From positions 1 to 51,290 of the forward strand of contig CACXVH010000002.1 in NCBI GenBank assembly GCA_902771095.1: a stretch of 51,290 bases of DNA. Reading direction: 5' to 3'. Under the pieces are notes generated by a model, which ran no database searches, was not told the DNA's origin, and saw only the letters and a program-made list of their open reading frames with translations. The translations under genes and the position numbers were made by a program. Each line of letters opens with the position of its first letter. The stretch's first letter is position 1. Source of the DNA: an uncultured Pseudomonadota bacterium. Lineage in GTDB: Bacteria; Pseudomonadota; Alphaproteobacteria; Rs-D84. Of this stretch, positions 18,604 to 27,803 are shown in pieces.

Positions 18604-20384
18604 AATTATCAAATTCATCTTTTTTATGTTTAGACATTGGAACATACGGGGTTCGCGGTTTTGCACATTGTATAAGGGATGCAAAAATTATTAATTCTGC
18701 GATGCACTTTGTAAAAAATCCGAACACATTATTCGCATTAAAAAGTGTTGTTGATGAACTGGAACAACAATTAAACACACATTTTAATTCTGCATTTATA
18801 ACTGGTGATTTTGGTGAAATGGATTTTCAAACTTTTACAGATGTGATAACTTGGCGCGAAGAACACAAAATAACTGACCTAGATTTAAAACACCAAATCG
18901 CAAAAATACCACGACCAGATGGTTTTTATGCTATGCATATTATACCTGTGTTTTACGGCACGGAACACTTACAAAATATAAACAATACACCAATTGGTCA
19001 AATTGACACACGATTAAAATCTATATTCAGTGTGATTTCTTATGAAGAAGAACAGACACGATACATATCTGATATTTTACGACGCGCACATATTCAATCT
19101 GGTGGTTTTTTTGATTCTACATTTTTACAGAACACAATTTACAGAAAACCCAAAGAAAAAGTTTTATTTTTAGATTTGGGTAATGAATTTACAACCGTTT
19201 CAATATGGACGGCACGTGGACCATTATATATGAATAAAATCAAATTTGGTCAACAAGATATAACCAAGGCAATATCAGATGAATTACAAATCATCAGGAA
19301 TGATGCTGATACATTAAAAATATCTGTCGCCAGCGCAACACCAAATGAAATGGATAGATTTACACCGGCTGATTCTTCTGAAAAATTCGCATCTTTTTCT
19401 GTGTCAGATATAAACGATATATTTATTCCAAAACTTACGGAATTGATAAGCACTGTATTAGAACAATCAGAAAAATATATAAATCAATATAAACCTGAAA
19501 AGGTTATTTTGACTGGTGGTGGCACTTCTATTAATAATATCAATACATTTATAGAAAGAATGTTTAAATTACCTGTGGAAAATCTGGGCGATAGTGCAAC
19601 CATAAATGCTTTATCAGAATATATATGGGCATCACATTTACCAGAAAGAAATGCTTATATACAAAAACAACAAAAAATTCAAAACTTAATCGATAAAGTC
19701 GCAAAAATTTTCAAACGAAAAAAAAGAAATAAAAAGACAAAATTTATTCCAATAATGCCAAGCACACTTTGTTTTAATATGAATGATATGTCAACATATA
19801 CGATGTTTGCGTCGGCTGGTATTTCGGCAATACATGTTGATATAATGGATGGCTTTTATGTCGATAATATTGCGGGCAGTATCGAAGAATTATCAAACAT
19901 ACGAACAAAGACCAAATCATATTTGCATGTTCATTTAATGACGGAAAGTCCGTCCATCTGGGCGCGTGATGCAATAAATGCCGGCGCAGATACAATTATA
20001 ATTTCCACAAATACATCTGGGGTTCGTGACGCAATAAATATTGTAAAATCTGCTGGCAAAAGATGTGGCATCGCATTAAACCCAGATTCTAATATTGAAA
20101 TATTAAAACCGATACTATCACAAATTGATGAAATAATGGTAATGGGTGTTGAACCAGGTGCTGCGGGTCAAAAATTTGATGAACGCACAATTCAAAAAAT
20201 AAAAGTATTAGATTTCACACGAAAAAAACACGGGCTTAAATACTTAATCAGTGTCGATGGCGGAATAAATCCAGATACTGCAAAATTATGCTGGGATGCC
20301 GGCGCAGATTTATTGGTAAGCGGTTCTTATCTTGCCAAAGCACCTGACTTCCCATTGGCAGTACAAAGTTTATTGAATCGTTAA
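18600..20384 (+). CDS. FtsA-like protein fused to ribulose-phosphate 3-epimerase
   Basis: N-part LDIGT, LDLG..FT, VILTGGG; C-part HVDIMDG, HVHLM, MGVEPG..GQKF, VDGGI, LVSGS. Confidence 0.85.
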   Translation: MKLSNSSFLCLDIGTYGVRGFAHCIRDAKIINSAMHFVKNPNTLFALKSVVDELEQQLNTHFNSAFITGDFGEMDFQTFTDVITWREEHKITDLDLKHQIAKIPRPDGFYAMHIIPVFYGTEHLQNINNTPIGQIDTRLKSIFSVISYEEEQTRYISDILRRAHIQSGGFFDSTFLQNTIYRKPKEKVLFLDLGNEFTTVSIWTARGPLYMNKIKFGQQDITKAISDELQIIRNDADTLKISVASATPNEMDRFTPADSSEKFASFSVSDINDIFIPKLTELISTVLEQSEKYINQYKPEKVILTGGGTSINNINTFIERMFKLPVENLGDSATINALSEYIWASHLPERNAYIQKQQKIQNLIDKVAKIFKRKKRNKKTKFIPIMPSTLCFNMNDMSTYTMFASAGISAIHVDIMDGFYVDNIAGSIEELSNIRTKTKSYLHVHLMTESPSIWARDAINAGADTIIISTNTSGVRDAINIVKSAGKRCGIALNPDSNIEILKPILSQIDEIMVMGVEPGAAGQKFDERTIQKIKVLDFTRKKHGLKYLISVDGGINPDTAKLCWDAGADLLVSGSYLAKAPDFPLAVQSLLNR

Positions 20385-20768
20385 TTTTCTTCCCAATCCA
20401 TTTTGTGTTATATAAATATGTATTGTATTTTTTGGCAAAATATCTTTTGCAACCTCGGGCCATTCAATAAGTGTTATATCGTTATCAATCGCATGCTGTA
20501 AACCAATTTCTGTTAATTCCAAAGCGTCCCCTATTCTGTATAAATCAAAATGTGATATTCCATCATAATTTTGAACAAGTGTAAAAGTTGGACTTGGCAC
20601 CACAGTATTTTCCCCGCGCAAAGTTTTAATTATTGTTCGTGCGATTTCTGATTTCCCCATTCCCAAATCACCATGCAAAGCAACAACCACTGGCGTACGC
20701 AAGGTCTTTGCAAAATCGCGAGCCCATGCGCGTGTTTCATCTAAATTATTTAAGATATATTCTTTCAT
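20370..20768 (-). CDS. tsaE: tRNA t6A biosynthesis ATPase
   Basis: LHGDLGMGKS, SPTFTL, HFDLYR, IEWP. Confidence 0.95.
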   Translation of the reverse strand: MKEYILNNLDETRAWARDFAKTLRTPVVVALHGDLGMGKSEIARTIIKTLRGENTVVPSPTFTLVQNYDGISHFDLYRIGDALELTEIGLQHAIDNDITLIEWPEVAKDILPKNTIHIYITQNGLGRKLTIQ

Positions 20769-20770
20769 TT

Positions 20771-22765
20771 TTATTCCACCAATAATAAATCATCTTCCAG
20801 TTTATGAATTGCATCACGCAAAATGGCTGCTTCTTCAAACTCTAAGTTTTCTGCTGCCTTTTTCATTTTTTGTGTGAGTGTTTTTATCTCTTTGCGCAAA
20901 GAATCAGCATCCCAAACACCATCTTTATTATAAACAAATTTTCTTGTTTTGTCTGTTTTTTCTTCTTTTTCTTTAACTTCTTCAAATACAGATTTCGAAA
21001 TAGTTTTCGGAACGATATTATGTTCTTTGTTATATTTTTCTTGTTTTTCGCGTCTTCGCGCAGTTTCATCCAGCGCACTTCGCATAGATTCAGTTATTGT
21101 ATCCGCATATAAAATCACACGACCATTTGCATTACGCGCCGCACGACCAATTGTTTGAATCAATGAACGCGTTGAACGCAAAAAACCTTCTTTGTCCGCA
21201 TCCATAATCGCAACCAGTTCACATTCTGGGACATCCAAACCTTCACGCAATAAATTAATTCCAACCAAAACATCATATTTCCCAAGACGCAAATCACGCA
21301 GCAAATCTATGCGTTCCAAGGTTTCAATATCAGAATGTAAATATCTTGCGCGGACACCGTTTTCATTCATGTAATCTGTTAATTGTTCTGCCATTTTTTT
21401 GGTTAATGTTGTGACAATAACACGACCCTTGGTCTTTTTTACTTCGTCTAATAAATCATCAACCTGATGTGTTGTTGGGCGCACTTCACAAATTGGGTCC
21501 AATAATCCAGTTGGACGAATAACCTGTTCAGAAACAATTCCATGTGCCTGTTCCAATTCCCATGCGGCCGGTGTTGCAGATACAAATATAGTTTGTGGGC
21601 GCAGTTCATCCCATTCTTCAAAAGTAAGCGGTCGATTATCCACACACGAAGGAAGTCGAAAACCATACTGTGCCAAAGTTTCCTTACGCGCCCTATCCCC
21701 GCGCGCCATCGCACCAATTTGAGGAACAGTCACATGACTTTCATCCAAAAACAAAATCGCATCTTTTGGTAAATATTCAAACAAAGTTGGTGGTGGCTGT
21801 CCCGGAAGTCGTCCTGTTAAATATCTTGAATAATTTTCAATACCACGACAAGTCCCGGTTGATTCCATCATTTCTATATCAAAGCCGACACGTTCACGCA
21901 ATCTTTGTTCTTCAACATATTTCATATTTTCGCGAAAATATTTTAATCTTTCATCCAAATCTTTGCGTATATTTCCAATTGCCTGAATTACAGACGGCAT
22001 AGGTGTTGCATAATGCGTATTTGGATACACTGTAATTCTATCTAACTTTTGTAATTTACCCCCGGTTAATGTGTCAAATTCCCAAATCTCATCAATCTCG
22101 TCCCCAAAGAAAGATATTTTCCATGCCCTGTCTTGTGAATGGGATGGAAACACATCCAATGTATCACCACGAACACGAAAATCACCACGCGCGAACGCAA
22201 CATCATTTCGCTTATATTGAATATCGACCAATGCACGCATAACATCTTTTTCAGATATTTTATCCCCAACATTTAATACCAATTTCATTTCTGAATATTG
22301 TTCTGGTGAACCAATACCATAAATAGAAGACACAGACGAAACAACAATGACATCGCGTTCTTCCAACATTGCACGCGTAGCACTATGCCGCATACGGTCA
22401 AGTTGCTCGTTAATCGAGGCATCTTTGTCTATGTAAGTATCCGTAGTTGGAACATATGCCTCTGGTTGATAATAGTCATAAAAAGACACGAAATATTCCA
22501 CATGATTATGCGGAAAGAAAGATTTCATTTCTGTATACAATTGCGCCGCCAATATCTTATTAGGTGCCATAATCATGGTTGGACGCGATAATTTTTCAAT
22601 AACATTGGCCATTGTAAATGTCTTTCCAGAGCCAGTCACCCCCAATAAAACCTGGGATTTTTTGCCATCATTTACACCTTTGACCAATTCAGCGATTGCC
22701 GTTGGCTGGTCCCCCATCGGCTTGTAATCAGATTCCAAAGAAAAAACACTTTTTATATTTTTCAT
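20771..22765 (-). CDS. uvrB: Excinuclease ABC subunit B
   Basis: [36 protein letters not shown] domain. Confidence 0.98.
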   Translation of the reverse strand: MKNIKSVFSLESDYKPMGDQPTAIAELVKGVNDGKKSQVLLGVTGSGKTFTMANVIEKLSRPTMIMAPNKILAAQLYTEMKSFFPHNHVEYFVSFYDYYQPEAYVPTTDTYIDKDASINEQLDRMRHSATRAMLEERDVIVVSSVSSIYGIGSPEQYSEMKLVLNVGDKISEKDVMRALVDIQYKRNDVAFARGDFRVRGDTLDVFPSHSQDRAWKISFFGDEIDEIWEFDTLTGGKLQKLDRITVYPNTHYATPMPSVIQAIGNIRKDLDERLKYFRENMKYVEEQRLRERVGFDIEMMESTGTCRGIENYSRYLTGRLPGQPPPTLFEYLPKDAILFLDESHVTVPQIGAMARGDRARKETLAQYGFRLPSCVDNRPLTFEEWDELRPQTIFVSATPAAWELEQAHGIVSEQVIRPTGLLDPICEVRPTTHQVDDLLDEVKKTKGRVIVTTLTKKMAEQLTDYMNENGVRARYLHSDIETLERIDLLRDLRLGKYDVLVGINLLREGLDVPECELVAIMDADKEGFLRSTRSLIQTIGRAARNANGRVILYADTITESMRSALDETARRREKQEKYNKEHNIVPKTISKSVFEEVKEKEEKTDKTRKFVYNKDGVWDADSLRKEIKTLTQKMKKAAENLEFEEAAILRDAIHKLEDDLLLVE

Positions 22766-22805
22766 GTTATTTTTTTATTCACATATACTAATATAATCTA
22801 TTATA

Positions 22806-25307
22806 ATGAAAATACAAGGAAAGAGAATCATGGCATCAAAAAATTCATTTAAAAGCAAATTTGTATGGTTTTGCATATTTATAATGGCAACCCTGGTTTT
22901 GACTATTATTATTGTTCCACCGATGATTAACCTTAATTTTCTTAAACCAAAAATAGAAAATATGATTCTAAACCAAACCGGGATTTCGGCACAAATTAAT
23001 GGGAATATAAATTTTACACTTCTGGGGAAAACAACGATTATTGCACGCGACATAGTTATTCCAAATGGAACCGTGGCATCCTGTAAATTCGCAATACCAT
23101 TTTGGGATATATTTGATTTAAAAAATGCCCACATGTCAAGTGATATTTCCGTTTCTGGCGCTTCATTATTTATTACAAGATTAAACCAATTTAACACGAG
23201 AAATACTATAACTGTTCACAATTCAAACATACGATTTCTTAATAAAGAATACACAATAATTGACGGGACTTTGTCCAGGCACGATATCAATGCCATTGTT
23301 CGCACAAATCAACATAAATACGATGTTAAATCGCACAACAATATGTTCACGATAAAAAACAAGAACAATGATTTAAATATATCTGGAAAATTATTCAAAG
23401 ACGGAACAGCCACTGCACACATTGAAATAAATGCCAAAGACATAAATCGTTGGTTTGAATTTGAAAAACCACAAATCAAAGGTCAATTTCCTATTACCGC
23501 AGATTTATTCTGGGACGGAAGTTATGGTGTCAGATTTACGAATATATCTGCTCATGGGATAACAGGTTCCATAGACATCAAAAACAATGGATATAAAATA
23601 GTCAAATTAAAATCGAACAATGCTGATTACGATTTATCATTTTTTGTTCAAGACACTGGTGTTTTTCAGGACATATCTTTTGATTTAGATTTTTACGGGG
23701 ATTTGAAATTTGCAGATTATACTTTCAAACATGTAAAAATTATCACCGTTGGTTCAAAAAATGAATTGAAAGTGGACACAATCATCGCAGATGATTTACA
23801 AATCCAGGGCGGAACTATTGACAAAGACGGTGGACACAATCTGCATGTATCTGTCCCAGAATTCGGCACACTCAGTACATGTCTTTTCAATGGCACCCCA
23901 ACAAATTGGACATGTGATAATTTCTCGTATGGCGGAATAGTATCAGGGACATTAAAAATTAATACAAATCATTTTGAAGCAGACCTTTATTCACCTGAAC
24001 CATTTAAAAATTTCAATACCGTTATTGGTATGGCAAGATTACTGGGGGCAAATGGTTATGTAAAATTTGACACACCTGATATGAAAGGTATATTAACTTT
24101 GACAGATAATCAACCTTCTGTATCTTATACGCGCCTTAATTCAAAATCTTTAAATTGGGCAAAGATTGATTTACCTTTTATCCCAGATTTTATGCGTGAA
24201 GAAAAAGGCGATTTTGTTTGGACCAAAGATTCTATGATGTTTATTCCAGAATCTAAACAATGGCAATTATCGACAACAAAAGATTTTTTCATTATTCATG
24301 GACAGAATTTCAAAACATGGCTGGGAAATCTAGATTTACAATCTTTACGCGATTTGCATTATACACTATCTGGTAATTATAAAAACGAAAACATATCTAA
24401 TTTAACACTTGAAATAGGCCAGCAAAAATTCACTGGCTCTGCGACTGCGAAATCGCTAACACTAAAAACATCTGTATTGGACATAGATTATTTACTTGAC
24501 CCATATTTTGTGGAAAATTTTGAAGAAACTTCTTTCTTTTCTCAATCTCCGGTTATGATTTTATTTGATTTAAACACAAATGTTGCTGTATCAGCAGATA
24601 GCATTATTTACGATAATAAAAAGTATAATAATTTTATCTATTCGTTGCATGACGACACACAAACTTTTTCAATTAGTGGTTCGAAACACGGGAATATGCT
24701 AACAAAAATAAAAAGGCATAACACAAAATATGAATTAAATATCCAATTAAACAAATTTGTTTTTGACAAAAAATTATTGCCGTTAAATATGCCTTTGAAT
24801 ATTTCTGACACTGCTATTACTGCGGATATAAAATTAGACACCTCTGGAAAAATAGCACATGATATTATTGATAATTTAAAAGGTACCTTTGATGCATCTT
24901 TTGAAGGTGGAAAATTATATGGATTTGGTTTCGATGATTTTTATGCTTCGGCAAAACAATTAACTTTATTAAACAGTGAATACTTTTTATCCAAAGCACT
25001 AAATGGTGGCACAACAACTATAAAGAAAATGCACTTGATTGGCACTTATGAAAGTGGGGATATAAAAACATTACATCCGTTTGTTATATCAATGAAACAT
25101 GTTGATGCATCTGGTATGTTTGAAATCAAGAACAATGAAATGAATGCTGATTTAGATATCGTTTTACGCGGAACATCACCAGAACCAGAATCAATAAACA
25201 TAATTATCTTTCCAGACAATAATCGTAAATTCTCTTTATCTGAAATTATGATGCACTTTGATCCGGAATATATGAAAGTATTTGTAGAATCACATGATAA
25301 ATTCTGA
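22806..25307 (+). CDS. AsmA-like membrane-anchored beta-rich protein
   Basis: N-terminal TM, INLNFLKPKIE, beta-rich body, C-terminal SG....I..NL.G pattern. Confidence 0.55.
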   Translation: MKIQGKRIMASKNSFKSKFVWFCIFIMATLVLTIIIVPPMINLNFLKPKIENMILNQTGISAQINGNINFTLLGKTTIIARDIVIPNGTVASCKFAIPFWDIFDLKNAHMSSDISVSGASLFITRLNQFNTRNTITVHNSNIRFLNKEYTIIDGTLSRHDINAIVRTNQHKYDVKSHNNMFTIKNKNNDLNISGKLFKDGTATAHIEINAKDINRWFEFEKPQIKGQFPITADLFWDGSYGVRFTNISAHGITGSIDIKNNGYKIVKLKSNNADYDLSFFVQDTGVFQDISFDLDFYGDLKFADYTFKHVKIITVGSKNELKVDTIIADDLQIQGGTIDKDGGHNLHVSVPEFGTLSTCLFNGTPTNWTCDNFSYGGIVSGTLKINTNHFEADLYSPEPFKNFNTVIGMARLLGANGYVKFDTPDMKGILTLTDNQPSVSYTRLNSKSLNWAKIDLPFIPDFMREEKGDFVWTKDSMMFIPESKQWQLSTTKDFFIIHGQNFKTWLGNLDLQSLRDLHYTLSGNYKNENISNLTLEIGQQKFTGSATAKSLTLKTSVLDIDYLLDPYFVENFEETSFFSQSPVMILFDLNTNVAVSADSIIYDNKKYNNFIYSLHDDTQTFSISGSKHGNMLTKIKRHNTKYELNIQLNKFVFDKKLLPLNMPLNISDTAITADIKLDTSGKIAHDIIDNLKGTFDASFEGGKLYGFGFDDFYASAKQLTLLNSEYFLSKALNGGTTTIKKMHLIGTYESGDIKTLHPFVISMKHVDASGMFEIKNNEMNADLDIVLRGTSPEPESINIIIFPDNNRKFSLSEIMMHFDPEYMKVFVESHDKF

Positions 25308-25339
25308 AAAAAATATCCCGCGATTTGCGGGATATTTTT
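25307..25339. terminator. Bidirectional terminator between convergent genes
   Basis: AAAAATATCCCG-CGATTTG-CGGGATATTTTT. Confidence 0.8.
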
Positions 25340-25354
25340 ATATGCTTTTTCATA

Positions 25355-27124
25355 TTAATTTTTATTACGAATTTTAATATGAACATCGCGTAATTGTTGT
25401 TCACTGACTTCATTCGGCGAACCCATCAGCAAATCTTGACCGCGTTGATTCGCAGGGAATGCCACAGTTTCACGAACACTGTCACCATCACCCAAAATTT
25501 CTGAAACCAATCTATCGATACCAAAAGCACATCCACCATGTGGTGGCGCACCATATTTAAATGCAGTATAAAGCGCATTAAAATTCTTTTCGACTGCTTC
25601 AATTGGGTATCCAGCAATATCAAAACATTTTTTCATAACTTCTGGATTATAATTACGCAATCCACCGCTACAAATTTCAAGACCATTAAGCACCATATCA
25701 AATTGAGCCGCCTTGATTGTAAATGGATCTTTTGTATCCAACTCTTCCAAAGTTGCAAGCGGATACGAAAAAGGATTATGCGTGAATGCTGGTGCGCCAC
25801 CACGTTCTTCATCTGGTTCAAAGAACGGGAAATTATCAACCCAACAAAAAGCAAAATCACGCGGATTTACCAATCCTAAATCAGCGCCCAGTTTATTACG
25901 CAAGCGACCTGATGCCTTAGATGCAGTATCAACATTATCACATACAAAGAACAACGAAGAATTATTCCCAGCAATTTCACGCAATTTCGCGATGCGATTC
26001 TCATCTAATTTTTTTGCAACTGGTCCCTTGGCTTCTTCGGCAAACACGATATACCCAAGTCCGCCAAGCCCCAATTCTTTTGTTGCATATTCGCCCAATT
26101 TATCAAACCAAGAACGCGGTTTATCTGCGCTGTTCGGTGCAGGAATTGCACGAACCACAGCCCCATTTTCAATCGCATTTGCAAAGATTCCAAAATCAGA
26201 CCCGCGGAAAATTTCCGTCACATCACTGATTAAAATTGGATTGCGCAAATCTGGCTTATCACAGCCATATTTCAACATAGCATCATCAAAAGATATATGT
26301 GGAATTTCTGGATAAACATTTGCATCAGGCGCAAAAGCACGAACCAATTCAGGAATAACTTTTTCGCCAACCTCTTGAATTTCTGGCAAATCAACAAAAG
26401 ACATTTCTAAATCCAGTTGATAAAATTCCAGCAATCTGTCCGCACGCAAATCTTCATCACGAAAGCAAGGCGCGATTTGAAAATATCTATCAAACCCAGA
26501 AACTTGCAACAATTGTTTAAACATCTGTGGTGCCTGAGGCAACGCATAAAATTTGCCATGGTGCAAACGAGAAGGGACCAAGAAACAACGCGCACCTTCC
26601 GGCGAATCAGCAGTTAATAACGGTGTTTGAAATTCAGAAAAACCCAAATCCCACATTTTATCACGCAACCATTTTATCATCTTGTTGCGCATTAAAATAT
26701 TGTTATGCAATCTTTCACGCCGCAAGTCCAAGAATCGATATTGATAACGCAATTCTTCGCTTGTATCATCATCACCAAATACTTGGAAAGGCAGAACTTC
26801 TGCATTAGTCAACACCTCCCAATTTTGTGATTGAATTTCGATATGACCGGTTGGAATTTTATCGTTTATCGCATCACTGCTACGTGCAACAACTTTACCA
26901 GTAATTTTGATAACAGATTCCGGACGAATTTTTTCCAAATTTTCGTCCCCCCCATCGAACACACACTGTGTTATTCCATAATTATCACGCAAATCAACAA
27001 ACAATAACGAACCATGATCACGCTTACGATGAACCCAGCCAGACAATGTCACTGTTTCACCAACATTTTTTTCATTCAATTCACCACAAGTATGTGTGCG
27101 GTATTTAGATTTCAAAGATAACAT
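25355..27124 (-). CDS. aspS: Aspartate--tRNA ligase, probably non-discriminating
   Basis: YRTHTCGEL, RDHG, LPQAPQ, CFRDEDLRADR, GAPPHGG; start MLSLK after AAGGG. Confidence 0.96.
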   Translation of the reverse strand: MLSLKSKYRTHTCGELNEKNVGETVTLSGWVHRKRDHGSLLFVDLRDNYGITQCVFDGGDENLEKIRPESVIKITGKVVARSSDAINDKIPTGHIEIQSQNWEVLTNAEVLPFQVFGDDDTSEELRYQYRFLDLRRERLHNNILMRNKMIKWLRDKMWDLGFSEFQTPLLTADSPEGARCFLVPSRLHHGKFYALPQAPQMFKQLLQVSGFDRYFQIAPCFRDEDLRADRLLEFYQLDLEMSFVDLPEIQEVGEKVIPELVRAFAPDANVYPEIPHISFDDAMLKYGCDKPDLRNPILISDVTEIFRGSDFGIFANAIENGAVVRAIPAPNSADKPRSWFDKLGEYATKELGLGGLGYIVFAEEAKGPVAKKLDENRIAKLREIAGNNSSLFFVCDNVDTASKASGRLRNKLGADLGLVNPRDFAFCWVDNFPFFEPDEERGGAPAFTHNPFSYPLATLEELDTKDPFTIKAAQFDMVLNGLEICSGGLRNYNPEVMKKCFDIAGYPIEAVEKNFNALYTAFKYGAPPHGGCAFGIDRLVSEILGDGDSVRETVAFPANQRGQDLLMGSPNEVSEQQLRDVHIKIRNKN

Positions 27125-27189
27125 TTTACACCCTTTTACTTTTGTCCTGGTGTCAAATAATTGGATTTGGCACCAATTCAAATCTTAAA

Positions 27190-27292
27190 TTTCAGGGGCG
27201 CTAAGATTTTTTCGCGCGGTGCCACCCTGATTTTTTACTTTTTGTTTTTTTCAGATATTCCGCGGTTGTCAGTCGCATCACTACATCTGATA
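27190..27292 (-). promoter_or_regulatory. T-box riboswitch-like leader of aspS
   Basis: AATCAGGG-TGGCACC-GCG...CGC-CCCTGA antiterminator; upstream K-turn hairpin with loop ACTGACAAC. Confidence 0.75.
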
Positions 27293-27326
27293 AAAAACGA
27301 ACAAACGCAAGATAGATAATGCATTT

Positions 27327-27482
27327 GTGGTGCCCCTGCTTCATAGAAGTTGGGACAACTGGAATAGATTCTATACTGAAATTATCCGGAATGCAAGGAT
27401 TATTAAGGAAAGCGGCATTTCTGACATATTACGAGTCGTCAACGGCGGATTTGTGCCCAATCGCAAGAAATCAAAACCTTAA
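27327..27482 (+). pseudogene. 51-codon orphan tail (VVPLLHRSWDNWNRFYTEIIRNARIIKESG...), possible recombinase C-terminal remnant
   Basis: Open frame starting at the tRNA-end repeat, same phase as the end of the acyltransferase gene. Confidence 0.35.
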
Positions 27483-27535
27483 CACCAGGGAAGAACAGGA
27501 ATAGTTATAGTATAATACAAACGTTTGTAAAAAGA

Positions 27536-27563
27536 TTGATTTTCAAGCATTTTTTGATAGAAT
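27536..27563 (+). promoter_or_regulatory. Sigma70-type promoter
   Basis: TTGATT-16-TAGAAT. Confidence 0.5.
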
Positions 27564-27570
27564 AAGAAAT

Positions 27571-27786
27571 GAATCCAAGAGATTGGGTTCGGGGCTCGCT
27601 AAGCCCACTTTGTCCGGTGCGAAAGCATCGTTAAATTGATGTGATGGTGTTTTTGCACCGTTATCATCCCTGGCTTATGGTCGGGGGTTCGTTGGTTATA
27701 AAACAGGGGCAACCCGAAAACCACGAAATCAATGACAAAGTGATTTAGCAACTCCCCGACCGCTTTTTCTTGGGCGGTCTCTTTTT
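27571..27786 (+). ncRNA. Unassigned structured RNA / leader with terminator
   Basis: GC-rich, GNRA hairpins (GAGA, GAAA, GCAA), long-range CACTTTGTC/GACAAAGTG helix, terminator GACCGC..GCGGTC-TCTTTTT. Confidence 0.55.
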
Positions 27787-27803
27787 ATTACTGGGGTTAT
27801 GAT

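Noticed and set aside
25713-26315. 200-aa antisense ORF within aspS, and similar antisense ORFs in uvrB, gyrB and the pilus ATPase
   Set aside because: Typical antisense shadows of conserved genes with no independent motifs
27325-27500. 6S RNA on the minus strand (CCCTG...CAGGG ends)
   Set aside because: No convincing long rod with central bubble; GGGCACCA is better explained as the tRNA-Thr end repeat. Not excluded without cmscan
27400-27680. RNase P RNA (AAGGAAAG... / CCTGGCTTA)
   Set aside because: P4 strands do not pair properly and an AT-rich promoter region lies between them
27571-27786. tmRNA or known riboswitches (SAM-I, c-di-AMP, fluoride, ZTP, cobalamin)
   Set aside because: Only short partial motifs; no tRNA-like domain or tag frame, and core consensus elements are missing
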